Of a stretch of 64,000 nucleotides of DNA, positions 23,371 through 36,562 are shown piece after piece. Within the stretch, counting starts at the first letter, position 1, and every line of letters begins with the position of its first letter. Source of the DNA: Amphiscolops sp. MND2022 (taxonomy: Eukaryota); contig OZ076412.1 in NCBI GenBank assembly GCA_964187785.1, positions 37,510,001 to 37,574,000 on the forward strand, given 5' to 3'. Made by a program: the position numbers and the translations under genes. The notes beneath the pieces are model-generated. The model saw nothing but the letters and a program-made list of their open reading frames with translations, did not search any database and had not been told where the DNA came from.

Positions 23371-26300
23371 AAAAGAATATCCGCGTAACTAACCTTTGAG
23401 GGGAGTCATTCTCGCTGGAATGGTAGCCAGGGTCCATGAGTAATACTGATTATAGCAGAAGAAGAATTGAATAATGAGTTCTAATTTCTTTCACTTGATG
23501 TTGACAGTTATCACCACTTTATTGCTGTATATCTATCTTTGAAATCAAATTTAAAGTTGGCTCAAAACGCATCATTGCTTTTGTCATAACTAGACAAAAT
23601 AATCTCTAAGTTCACTCAAGTAGCGAGTTGAAGACGTTTGTTGAAGTTTTGCGTCAGAAATGACCTTTGTGAAAAGAAAAAACCAAAATGATCAAGTGAA
23701 TGAAAGAAAGATGTATATATATTTTTTTCTTGCTGCGGTGTATTGTTCGAATGACACTGTGTGCTCAAGGTTTTGAAACGGCTCAATAGCTGATGTCAGA
23801 AAGACTACGCAAAGCAAAAAGTATATCGTGGCGTAATTTAGACCGAATTTTATCGCGTACCAACTGATTGGGGAATGGTAAAGCGGCACTGTTGTAAATG
23901 GGATTTATGACCGATAAATTGCGGTGGCAATTGTAGAGTCGCTTGGCTGAGACCGCAAAGAGAACAGAAGGCACAGAGACAATCGGGGACAATACAAGAG
24001 GGAGAGATATCCAATTTGGAAGCGGGAACAATTTGAGAAAGTTGCAGTTTGCTTACAAAGTTTTCAGCTCAGGCGGAGACCACGGTAAAGTTTCAAGCTG
24101 GTTCCGACTGAGTAGTGTGTTTCCACCGCGCTGGGTTTGAAATAGAAACTATAAGCCAAATTTCAGGCAACAAATTCCAAAAGTAGTTGCAAAAGTCACG
24201 ATATAACTAGAATTAGTTGGTGGTTGCCAATTCCAAATAGGTTTGTCTTTATAGCTAGTGTAAATTGTCGATCAATTCAGTTCAACTCTAGCGGCTGGCT
24301 TCTATTTGCTTTATATAGCACATTTATTGCGAAATATCTTGTTGTATTTCAAAATCTGAGAGAAGAACAGTTGAAACTGAAGCAAAAGACAGCGGATGTT
24401 AGCGAATGGGATAATGGCACTAAGTGGCAATTGCAAAAGATTGGTAGCACGGAAACAAGGGTGCAATAAAATGCAATTGTTCAAAGATAGGATCTTAACG
24501 TGCTCTATTTAAGAATGCTCTATCCCCCGACTGTGACCCTGAAAACCAAGTTGGTTGCCATTAAGGAGACAGTGTGTTGACATGGTTTCGGATAAGATCA
24601 AAGGAGAAAGCAAAACTTGAGGGAAGTGGAAAACTGCTTTGAAATAATCAAGTGATCGCTCAACTAACTCTTACCCAATTTCACAGGTAGATAGATATGG
24701 GGCATGTCCCGTTTTCACACCGTAACAAACCCTCTCTGCTCCACGGGTGAATAGAAAGGCGGTGGTCGCAACAGCTGCAGTGTGGTCCTTTTATGGTAAG
24801 AAGCACCCTTGAAGTATTCAGCAGAACAATTTCGGGGGAGAGCGATGTTAATGGCTGTGGTGGTGCTGGTAGAAAAGAACAGTCTAACTTCAAATTGCCT
24901 TGTTCAAGTTGCTCCACCGCGGTGACGCTTCGATGTTCAAAGGTCTAGAATGCGCTAGTTGGAGTGTAGAATGAATTACATTCAATTGTTACAATAATCG
25001 AGCTTTGATGCAAATTTTCAGAAGCTACCATAACACATGAAAACAAATTGGTTCTGGATTTTGAAATGTTTCCATAATTCAACTGAATGGCTCTGAATGC
25101 CAATTTGTGATGTAAATTAATATTACAGCGTACGTGGCCGCGTTTTTGAATGACGATGTATGAGAAATCGTAACACAGCAAATCTCGAGGAATGTATTAT
25201 CGTAATTGCGTCACCGCTAAGCAAAGAAAAATGCTTCCGCAAACCTGGAAAATTCACATCACAAAGAGCGTTGAATTAGCAAAACCGTTTATTTCAGGAG
25301 CAGAGCTAAATGAAGACAAAAACGGTTTAATGAATATATCTTCTTTTTCTTTCAAAGTGAATTAAACAATCGCATTCATCCATTTTTACATCTTATGACA
25401 AAAGCATAAGCTTATGACACTACAAAATTTCTCAAAAAAACCTTTAGTTTGAGTATTACTCAGTGACGAGAACATTAAGAGATTATGATTGGCTTTTGAG
25501 GGGCTCATGGAAAAAACGTCATTTACTAGAAAAAAGTGAAGTCTACCAACGCTCAGTTTCTCATAGACGTTCGTGGGTTAGAAAGAGTAACGATTGCGGT
25601 AAGATGAAAAAGGAAACAAATCAAAATCTTGGAAAAGATGCCTCAGTTCATGTGATTCGCACCTCCGTGAAAGCTACCTGTGCTGAATAATCCCGCACTT
25701 CAATTGTGATGAAAACTGAAAAGAAGTAGCAATATTTCAAATACTTCATGTAGGCTGGTGTGTGGTTTCAAAAGAGAAGCGCAAATTATTCACCCACGTA
25801 CTTTTATTGTCATTTGGGATAATCAACACCTCGCCCTAAAGCACTTTCACTATCTAGCCCACAAATCACAGCCATTTTTACTTGTTGCAGAAGAAGGCCT
25901 AATTGGAATTCTCCAGGAAAGCCAATCTAAATGCCTTTTCCAACCACTTTATTCCGCGCAAGTCACAAATTATTACAATTCACATGTGTAATAAAATAAT
26001 GAATGGTCAACTGTACGGTTGCAAAAATACTTTGTGAGAAACTGCATGAAAGTAAGAAGAACAAGAAGCACAGTGACACTGCGATATTATTCGTACACAC
26101 TTACAAGACGTTTTCATTTAAAAATAGGAAACTTCTAGCTTGAATTGTTTGAATTTTTTTAAAAACCCAGAAAAATAACGTCTAAAAATAACTCTTACAG
26201 ATTTAAGAGCTGGTTCGTGTATATATGAATTTAAGGATTCAAAATAGCATATTGAAAAAAAGTCATTATCTATCCTTCTTCTCAGCCAGAATGATCCAAA

Positions 26301-27350
26301 AATGACCACTAATGATTCAAAAAGAATGTTAATAGCTTGAATATCACGGATTTTGTATCATTATCACATTTCATCAGAAAACGGTATCACAGTTCAATTT
26401 GAAAAACAAAACAAAAATTCGAAGCTGATTAGATTCAAACACCGCATTTTCACTGGAATACCATTCGAACATAACGTCAAAATTCTAGTGTTTTCCTCAT
26501 TTTTTGTTGCATATCTCATATCAGAAAATGATCATGGTATTATGGTCCAATTTGATACAAGCAGAGAATGACCCACGTTGGCACCTCGGTCAAAGTTCAA
26601 AAAGAGCAAAATGTTTGAAAATATTCAAGGGACAACTTTTCAATTATCACTCAGTGCCCGGACGAGTACCACCGAGGCTCGAAAACAGCCTTTTTTGAGC
26701 TGGAAACCCCAGTGCCTAAAACTTAAAAGGAGACCCTTAAGAATCGTTAAACGCTATTTCCGAACCGAAACCTTTCATTTATCATACGTTGCCAAAAAAC
26801 GCAAGGTCCCCTTGAGACCCGAAAACAGCTTTTTTCTGAGCTGGAAACATCAGAAAAACCCGAAATTTTGAGAGAAAAAATTTCCTTTCACAAAAATATA
26901 TTTCCAGGAAAAAGTCACCTAAAGCCGAAAATCTCAAAAGGATACCCTTTAAGATCGCAAAACGCTTTTTCCGAACCGTAAACTTCAAAAAATTGAAAAG
27001 CGTACCCTTGTTTGAAATTAAAATTTTGGAAAGAATGTCTCACAGCGCCGAAAAACCCAAAGGAGGGACCCTTTGGTGTCGTTAACTGCAGCAAAAACAA
27101 GAAAAAAAATGTCCTTTGCAGCCATACACTCACCCACTACGGTTCGTCAGTTGTTATGTGAAATACATGAAAGTTCATTAGTGGACGTTACAGTGGACGA
27201 CTGAAAAAAACCTGCCACTGTCAGAGTCGTGTATTTTTTCACAAAAAGCGCCGACTGAAAGTACAAAGTTCAAAACTGTTTAATTTCGAACAACCATCCT
27301 CGTTTTAGCAAAATGTTCGGTTATAACGTTAATATTTCAGAAAGGAACTC

Positions 27351-27995
27351 TTTTTAGTCGGCGCTTTTGCTGAAAGAAAAGTGCCCGATTATTACATACA
27401 AAGGCTAGTTGTTTTTAGTCGGCACTTTTCTAGTGAAAAGAGCGCGACTATTACAGTGGCTAGTTTTTTTTTCGTCAGACCACAGACCTCATCGTCTATG
27501 TACCACTTTTTAGTACAGACTTTACTCGGTTTACGGTGCACCCAGCGGTCACGGGTTTGAGTCCTTGCTTTAGCCAGAAACTTTTTCGAGTATTTGCGGA
27601 AGCGGGCGAGACTGAAGGGTCCCCTCTTTCATTTTTTTTGGCACTGCGCGACTTTTTTTCGATTTTTTTTGCCATCAAAGGGCCCCACTTTCAAGTTTTT
27701 TTTGATATTTTGCAGCAAACTAAATTGCCAAAAAGCCCAAAGGGTCTCCCTTTTTAAGCACTTTGGCACTAGGAGACTGTTCAAAATTCTTTTTTCGTTT
27801 TTTAAACCAAAATTTTCAAGAAAATGTTGAAAATTTTTTCTTGTCTCCAAAGGGTCCCCCCTCCATTTTTTTGATATTTCGCAGCAACCTGGATTTTGAA
27901 AAAGCCCGTAGGGTCCCCCCTTTTACAGCTTCAAAAAACTTTGCGCTTTTTTGAGCCTTAGATATAGCGCCGACTTTAGACGTTCCCGTCTTGTT
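27351..27995 (+). mobile_element. AGTCGGCGC-subTIR family copy 3
   Basis: TTTTT-AGTCGGCGC at 27351-27364 (module doubled at 27413-27449); B-box-like GGTTTGAGTCC 27554-27564; GCGCCGACT 27967-27975, then stem-loop AGACG-TTCC-CGTCT 27978-27991 and a T-rich tail. An oppositely oriented end module lies at 27214-27262. Confidence 0.65.
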
Positions 27996-28669
27996 CTTTT
28001 TTCCCCTAGACCACAGAGTTCTTTCTGTATGTACCACTTTTTGGTACAGAGGTTGATCGGTTTAGCGGGAACCCAGTGGTTGCGAGGTCGAGCCCCTGCT
28101 TCAGCCAGCAACGTTTTAGTGTGTTTGTAAAACTGGACGATACTACAGTGTTCTTCCTATCAATTTTGGTCGACTTTAGACTTTTTTTCGAAAATTTTTA
28201 ATGTTTCCAAAGTGAGATTTTCCAAAATGACAACTTTTTGTCTAAAAAATCAAGATTTCCACACGCCAGCACGCTATATCCGAACTTCGGATTTAAAAGA
28301 CCGGCGTTTTCGCAGTGCGACTTCTCCGAATTTGTTTCTGTCAAAGCCACTCCATGAATTTTTAGTGGAAACGAAGAAACGTTTTGCGAGCATAGAAGAC
28401 TCCTTCGGGTTTTCGGCACTAGGCGACTTACCGGAGACCTTCAAAAAATTTGAACAAAACCCATGCTGCACTGAAAACCTTTCAAACAACAATAAACTGA
28501 GGAAAACAAGGCAAAAAACTTTGCTCAACCGAAGACCTCTCAAAAATGAAACATTGAGAAGAAATTTTTGATTTGTTTTTGAAAAAGGTCTCCGGTAAGT
28601 CACATAGTGCCAAAAACCCAACTATGTTGTATTTTAGACCATGTCTCGAGTAATGGACAATGGTGGCTC

Positions 28670-29192
28670 CCCTTGATGAAACTGATGGAACGATTTCCAT
28701 GTTCTTTGAAGTTCCCAATAACTTCTATTGTGGTTTCCTTAAATCCGTTACGGAAACTTCCATGTGAAAATGCTTCCCTGTTGTATTCAACTTTTATCAA
28801 GCTGCTTGAATGGCGTATCCTGACTTTGCCGGCAATTTGAAGTCTCAAAGTTTTGCAAGTTTCCTAAAGAAGCAGTTTTATTTTAAAATGCATTCAAGAT
28901 GTTATTTGTTTTACCGCCATTTTAAGTATCATCTGCGGCGTGCTACTTGAGACGCGGTATTTACATCAGATGAATACTTGAGAAATCAAAGTGTGAAAAA
29001 ACGTGATATAGTGAAAAAAACGAACCCAACGAAGAGAGAAACATTCCTATATGTTTTATTTTATTGGTGGAAAGTGCAGCGTAATATTACGAAATTTACC
29101 ATCGGAAGCTTACTAAACCTTCAAGGTTTTGAAAAAAAATATCCTGCATAGCAACCAGCAGCATGTAAAACGTTTAAACAGTCCTGACTAGG
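28670..29192. mobile_element. Diverged CCC...GGG MITE copy
   Basis: Starts CCCTTGATGAAAC, ends ...GACTAGG; interior (TTTTATCAAGCTGCTTGAA, GAGACGCGGT...CACATCAGATGA) aligns with 55995-56543 and 47743-48291. Confidence 0.65.
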
Positions 29193-30677
29193 ACTATGTC
29201 ACCGCATGATTTTTACATGATAACCCATGGATTATCAAAGATTCCCCTGTGAAAACCATGCTTACTATCTTATAAGTTCTCTGCAAACAACTTGATAAAT
29301 GATACATTTCACCAAATGTTTCCCAGACGCCTGTCTACATGTTTTGTAACATGGCAAATAATGTTTCTACTGTAGTGGAGAGTTAGAACAAGTACTGACA
29401 TTGTTAATTGAGATGAAATTTTGTAAGAACCACAGTCTTACAGCAGCTGATTGCCTGCTAAGAGTGTTTTTATCCAGAATGGAGTTCCGAGAGTGGAAAT
29501 TGTTAAACACGTTTTTGGTTGACCCCAAGCGTTATTTTGAAGGCTTTGATGTGTAAAAGATTTCAATTTGGTCTCCAAAACTGAAAATCGCCGTGAAGAG
29601 TTTGTTAGACCCCAGGAGAATCTGGAGACAAATGCAGGGGAAAATGTTCTCAAACAAAGTTTTGGCAACACCTGTAATTGTATGTTCGTTTCTGTGAATT
29701 TATAGTTTGTTCGAAAAGATTGGATTTTTACGTTTAAAGAATTTAAATGATTTTTAAACTACAGAAGAAAGAGATCGTGGTGGATAGAGTTCAGACTGCA
29801 ATACTTCTACAGTTAAATTAGCGAAACAAAGGAATGCGCTTTTTTCGTAACAATTTTCGAGATCATCAAGTGGTTCCATTTCAAAGAAGTCAAAGATTTT
29901 TCTCAGAACCAGATTTTCAACAATTTGAACATACTTTGTTTACACAAACTTGGCATCGACAGGTTTTTAGTCGACTCATTTTAGACGAGAATTTGCCCGA
30001 TAATTACAGTGACAAGTATTTTTATCAGATGTGCCATCTCACTGTCCACCTTTACAATCGCCGACACACTCCTGCGAGCCGCCGTGGCCTGGCACGCTGT
30101 ATCCAAATTTTTCACATTAAATCCGAAGCAAGTTGCGTTCCACTAACGAGGAGGTCGAGGTTCGAAAAAAGTTTGCTATATCCAAATTGTGACTTTATGT
30201 CCAAAAAAGGATGGCGGAGGTTCACAAAAAGGGCTCCAATTTGTCCCAGGCACGCCATATCCGAATTTTTGGCGTTATATCCGAAGTAATTTACGTTGAA
30301 CTAAGGAGTGATATTGCGCTTCATATGAACTTTTGAAGACCTGCAAAAGACTGGTTTTTCAAGACCAGCAAAGCAAACTGACACATTCCTAGAAGCATTT
30401 CTGTAAGATAACTTAGTATTATCTAATTGCCCCTTGTTCTGTACTACTTTGAACAATACAACCTGTTACGGCAAAAATACAACATTTTTGGAATCAAAAT
30501 TTATGAACAGCAAAGGACTGAACATCAGCTTTTTTCAGACCAAGCTGGAGGCTCTGATTCCAGGAAACTTAGATTCGCGTTCAGTTTCCTTCAGTCTACA
30601 AGCCTTTCTCGATGAATCCATCCAAAGAAATCTCTAATTGAAACCGCATAGCAGTTTTTTAAAGCAAGAACAAAGGC

Positions 30678-31400
30678 ATGAAAAGAAAAGATGTCATCAA
30701 CTACTTCAAAGTGTTGAGAGTTTCTGCATCAACTGTGGATCGCACAATGAGAAAATTGAAAAACTGTGGAGACAAAAGTTGTCTACTACTGAAAGCTGGA
30801 AGCAGTGGTGAAAACAAAAAGTTGATATTAAGACAACCATCTGTTCAACTAGAAAAGGAAAGTACCCACCAGGCGGAAAAATCGCAGGAAAAGTTTCGGT
30901 ATCCACAATAAATCGCTCAATTAAAGCATTGAACATTAAATACTGGAAAAGAAGCCGCGTTTCAAAAGCCTCACGGAAACCGTGAGAGAAACAAGCATTG
31001 AGACTAGGGAAACTAGCAAAATAAAATTTTTTGGAAAAAGGTCGAAAATGTTGGTGGTCGACGATGAGTCTTTTTTCACATAGTCTGGTTCCAACAATAG
31101 AGGATTCTACAACTCCAACAAAAACGAACTCCAAACGAAACAGTTTTATGGAAAACTAAATTTTGCAGAAGCAGACAAAATTGTTACTTTTGGCCTGATT
31201 TAGCACCATGTCATTACGCTCAGGAAGGTTTAAATAGGTTGGAGAGTAAAGAAGTGTCATACATCCACAAAAACGAGAACCCCCGAATTGTCCCCAGGTG
31301 CGACCCATTTGAAACTTTTGGGTTATTTTGAAACAAAGGGTGTGCGAACACAACTTTAAAAAACTTTCAGTTCTGATAATTGCAACCCATTTAAAAATAT
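30678..31400 (+). pseudogene. Decayed Tc1/mariner-superfamily transposase with DD37E spacing
   Basis: HTH-like N-terminus from ATG 30678; VDDES at 31057-31071; FWPDLAPCHY (D at 31197); E at 31311 in a reconstructed NPPNCPQVRPIETFW motif, exactly 37 codons after the second D. Internal deletion between the first two Ds; TIRs not recognised. Confidence 0.8.
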
Positions 31401-31629
31401 CTTGAAACTCTTTCCAAGATCTCGCCTAATTTTCCAAATTTCCGTCTACTTGGTAAAACCATGATAAGGTCTTGTTTTTTCTTGTGAAACCCTGTGAAAT
31501 TTTTAAAAGAAATCTTACTAAGAGTCTTATGAATAAAGAGCCTTAACAAAGTAAATAAATTGAAACACAAACAACATTTTTGTTTACAAATCCTTTGCTC
31601 GTTAATTATTGTTCCCACTACCAGCTAAA

Positions 31630-33750
31630 CTATCTTTCTTTGAAGTGTTGGTTATAGGACAAAACAAAGTATGGAATACACGTAGTTATAGCGTGGTTGG
31701 TAGCTTGAACTGCTGCGGCATAATCGGATCAAGCTGCAGTTGGTGACGTTTTTTGTTTGTTTTCCTCCACAATCGTCAACTTTTTCCTGAAACTCTTGAC
31801 AAGATCTTCCATGAAAGATATATAATCATGGCGGTGTGGAAATTGAATTTCTTGGTAAGGTTTTTTAAATAGAAGATGTCAAAACTTCCAGAAACTTCCA
31901 CACTGTGAAAACTTTTTCATTGAATCGGAGTAAATTTTTAGATGTGCGATATCGAGGTTTACATCAGAAATTACAAAAAAGAGCAGTAGAGACCAGATGA
32001 CTGTGCATGAGACTTGGTCTGAGCTTCCCTGTTGTAGAGCCGTTTGAGAAGCATTTTTAACTTGATTATGATGTTCATTCAAACTATTCATCAGCAAGGT
32101 ACTATTAAACGAAGAAACGAACCAAGGATCTGTTACATCTAGATCTGTAAATCAAAATAAATGAAGTGAGACAATCCGCAAAATCCACATCCCCCTGTAT
32201 TGAAATAAATACCTAATTCAGGAAGAACTAGTTGAAGCAGCCATTTTCACAGTGAATATAAATGTAGTCAAATCGCTATGTTAATACCTGTGTTTGAGGG
32301 TATGCGAGAGTGAAACTTCACAGTAAGCGGTGATGTAAGCATAAAATGCAACACTTCAAAGAGCGTTAGAATGCAAAAGGAGTGAAATTGAGAGAGCGCT
32401 GCACAAATGAGTACGCACAACTAATGAGAAGACGGCCGCTACACGTTTTAAACTATTCAAAAGATGAAAAAAGGTAGCAACAAACGGTTTTCAGCATTCG
32501 ACATCCCGTGCAAATGATGGTTTAAGTTGAAAACATGAGTCTTGTGCAACAAAACGGAAACTAACACGGGGGAAGCTTTAAAAATAAGTTCTTCCAAGTT
32601 TTGACGAATTTCCAGAAAGAGTACCCTTTGAAAATTTTGCATGATCGCTACAGTTGTCAAAAAGATTCGGATATGCCTTCAATTAAAAATAGATGAGTTT
32701 TATAACTTGTGTTAATTGTAAAACAAATATTCTTCGCCAGTTTTTGCGAACTGAGACAGCAAACGATAAAAAAGGCCCAAAAATGGCCGAAACAACTGGT
32801 TTTTGCGTACTATCGCCTAGTTCACAATGTATAAGACCACAATAGCCCCTTTGCAGCGTACTCGAGAGTTAGAGTGGAATAGTGAATGAAGTAGCAAATA
32901 GAGCGCTGCGGCGGGCTAACGAAGAACAACTAACCCCTCACCCCCACAACTTGAAAATGAAAGTTATATAATGCAAGTGGAAAAATCGAGCTACCCAAAT
33001 GCTAACCTTACGCACCTTTGGGCGATGTCGAGCTGAAACTCTCTGGACAGACGCGCACAGCGTTAAAAGGAAATTTTTTCCGGAAAAGGACTTGAAGTTG
33101 AGATATTGACCCCTAAAGTTGGAAGTCAGGTCACCAAATTTTGGAAAATGACTGTTTTCAGAAAAAGTGCCATCAAATTTTGTTGAGACAAGCCACAGAC
33201 TTCATTTAAATTGCAAAATATTTCTATCAGCTGGCAATTACAATGTATATAAGCTCTCAAACTGTACCCTTCAAATTGAATGAGTACGAACCTTCCAAAT
33301 CTGATTTTCGACTGCGACACTTCTAGGGCGAATTTCACCATGGAGGAATGTAAATTGAAATTCGTCAGCGGGGAATGTTTTAGAAAACCTTTGGCTCCCT
33401 TTGAGGTGGTATCATGGGTTTCCGCCACCGATGATCGAGCAGCTGGTTTCCGCCCTTATAATGTGTAACCCAAAAACTCGTTTTTTGTGATGAGAATTAA
33501 ATTTGTCTCGTACGTCCTTGTAAAATCTCGACAGTTAATATTTTCAGCCATAATCCGCTGGAGAGAGTTGTCAGGAGCCATGTGAGAAGGAAGGACCTGA
33601 TAAAAAGTATCATTAAGCGGATGATAATTTTGTGCTTGCAATTGTGGAAAAAGTTGATTCAGTAAGAGCTTCCCTCGAATCTTATTGAAAAGTGAGTAAG
33701 ACTGCTTTTTATGATTGACAAGGACGTGGAACTATGACCGACAAGTAATG
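31630..33750 (-). pseudogene. Decayed coding sequence of unknown identity (possibly LRR-like)
   Basis: One frame from acceptor TTATTTTGATTTACAG| (32144) runs 171 codons with only two internal TGA; another frame 33750-33126 runs about 208 codons with one internal TAA. Product assignment is weak inference. Confidence 0.4.
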
Positions 33751-36050
33751 ATAAAATGTTTTTCTGATGAACTTTTGGTACTGAATTAGAAAAACCCGAC
33801 TTACTCAAAACTTAGTCAGGCCCCCAAAAAAGAATCATGACAAATTACGAATAATGAAGTAACCAAACTGCCGAAAAAGTAACTTCGACCAAGTGGTGTG
33901 TCAATTTGAAGACACGCAAATTGAGTCCACTTTTAGAGACAAGTTACAGCTTGGAGAAGTCGACAGGTCATGGATCAGGCACTGGATTGTCATTATTGTA
34001 CATTTACTGTGATTGTAGATTGGCCGTGACGCACGTGCCTTCAGTCTGAAACTTGAAAAGCCAGAATCCGCCATCCCTTGGTACGAATTTTGACTCAGAT
34101 GCAGGATTGACAGTTGGCCTTTTGTCTAATAAAAACGTGAGTTGAAATCTAGAGAACTGTTAGTCGCTTTGCGTCGTCGATACGTTCGGGATCAGATCAG
34201 GACTGGATTCTTAAAATTGGAGATTTGCTTTGATTGGCCGTGAGGATGTGACTTTCGTCTCGAACTAGAAGTGCAAGTTTTATTGCTCATCCGCCATCTC
34301 TTAGTACGAATTTTGACCCAGCAGCAGCATTGGCAGTTGGCCAATCGTTTAATTTTTTTAATACGGGATAAGTGGGCCTAGAATAGACAGAAAATTGCTT
34401 TCACACCAAGACCGATAGAGAAGGTTTGCTGAGAGTTCTTTCATTCGATATTTTACTGATAACACCTCTATCCTTACGGATAACCAAATCATACTTGCTG
34501 AAACGCTTGCTCACTGATTCCTTGTATTATATGTCGTTCAATATCCTTAGTATTATCTTCAAATTTTATTCTCGAATTTAGTCTATCATTCTTGGTTGTG
34601 AAATTGTGTTTGTGTCTAATAATTGCCTATTCATTTCATGGGTAGTAATTATTTTTCAAACTGCTCTTTTCATTCTTTGAAAAGACATCTAAAACAGCCA
34701 ATGTTAGCGAGGCAAACCCCTGAAGAAGACTAATTTTCAAAGTAGTGAAAGATTAGTGTTTTCTTAGTCACACTTACGCCCATCGCCTTCGATTGAGTTG
34801 ATTCGTCTTTTCTTTCGGAGTTGATAAAAACTTATGCAGATACTCAGCCAGTCCTTGTCTCGTGTATGGTACCTCGGGTTTAAATGAGGTGTAGTGGCGT
34901 ATTTCTCAAGAAAGGTACTGAGAACCAAAAATCTTACATATTGGTTGATTGTGACATCATGCGACCGCATGAACATTACTAGAAATCAGAGTTTGGAGGT
35001 TAGTTAAGCTTCATGCCAAAGCCAACCCTAATTATATAGAGAAAAGGCGGTTGTTTTTGTGCCTGGTTGCTTAGATAAGAGTTTGCGGCAAACTGTACAG
35101 TTAACTTTAGTCGGCGCCTAATGAAATACAAGCCGAGGACGACGCAAATCGGCGCCTCACTTGACGCTCAAAAATAGCAGAAATCTTTACATGCGTGGAG
35201 GACAACTATCGTAAAAATTGATTTCAATCTTCTAGAAAAAATTAATTAAAATTCGTTAAGTGCCGTAAAACCTAAAAAGAGACCGACCATTTGGGCTCAG
35301 AATACGCTAATCCCCCAAAAGCTAAAGGAAGTGAATAAAGTTAGAGAAAAAACAAAGATTCTGTCTGCTCGAGTGTTCTTGAAAAAATATTTATCGAAAG
35401 CGCCTACTAATAACGCAACTGATATGGAGACTTTCCGATGTGTATTTAGTGAATCATTTTGCAATGACGAAAATAGTTTGCAAAAATCTACAGTTTGTGC
35501 CCAATATCTTCTTATACTTTCGAATTGTTCACCATATTTCATATTCAACAAAACCATATGAGACGAAAAATCACCTGTTCGGATTTATTGTCACTGAGCA
35601 ACTTTGTTTCGTTATTTTTCTTCCAGTCCTCAAGAAGATCTCTCTTTAATTAAGTTCTTATTATGAAAAATTGAATGTTGAGCAATCAGACAAAATTTAT
35701 GGACAAAAGTTTCACAGGTTTAGAATTTAGCTTTGATGGTGAACAAGGTAGAATTTTTAAGGATCGCGTTTTAGCAAGACCGAGAGGTTTGTAGGCAGAG
35801 AGTCGATAGTTCGAACCTGATCAACACTATCCTTTTACTTTTCTGAAAATAGAACTAACTACTATATAATTTTCCTCATATAATTAACGCCGACATGCCG
35901 ATCTTTGTACAGTAGTGCTTTTTCCAAACATGAATGCATGCCTTAAACCGGATTGAGAAGGCTCAAAAAGAGGAAAAGTACTTCAAAGCGTCAAAAATCT
36001 TTTTCGGAAAAATTCTTCATCTCACAGTGTCAAAAAATCAAAAGGGTCTG

Positions 36051-36243
36051 TGTTTTAGTATTTCGTAAGAATGAAAAGGAGAAATGGATATGAAGAATGT
36101 ATTGACGACTAGATAGTGAATGTAAAGGCAACAGCAAATGAATATCTGAACTTTATTGATGTCTAGCAGTTTTGGCAGCTGTTAGTAAATAAATGTGTTC
36201 TCACTTCAAAGTTTTGTCTACGTAAGGTTATCAATACACAACA
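36051..36243 (-). repeat. 3' LTR of Gypsy B
   Basis: Ungapped 193-bp match to 41116-41308 with 11 mismatches (counted by eye). Confidence 0.95.
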
Positions 36244-36562
36244 CTCCCGGTTTTATAGACAAAACTAAGTATATCTAGTTTACATCAATCTCGGTTCATT
36301 TTCGGGGTACATGTAAGGTTAACACTGTAATTCATTTCAGATTACATGAATTCAACAAAGGGTTTAATGTTTTTCAGTTTCAGATTCGTTTGAGTTCAGT
36401 TGTTCTTGTCTATTCCCAGTGGATCATTTTCTTCAACTTGCATTACGACGTCGATGCCATATCGCTGCGTTGGCTTTCTTCTTCTGGGCTCTTTCTCATT
36501 TGCGGGAGTCCACTCCATTGAGGCCTTTATTGCCTTCCTCTTTCCGGTAATTTTCTTATCAT

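Noticed and set aside
25530-25598. 69-nt plus-strand exon KKVKSTNAQFLIDVRGLERVTIA with good splice sites
   Set aside because: No phase-compatible neighbour could be established and no family was recognised; single short candidates arise by chance in 64 kb.
31630-33750. Stop-codon reassignment suggested by long frames with isolated stops
   Set aside because: The interrupting codons are a mix of TGA and TAA here and TAG elsewhere, and TGG is used for Trp; ordinary decay is simpler.
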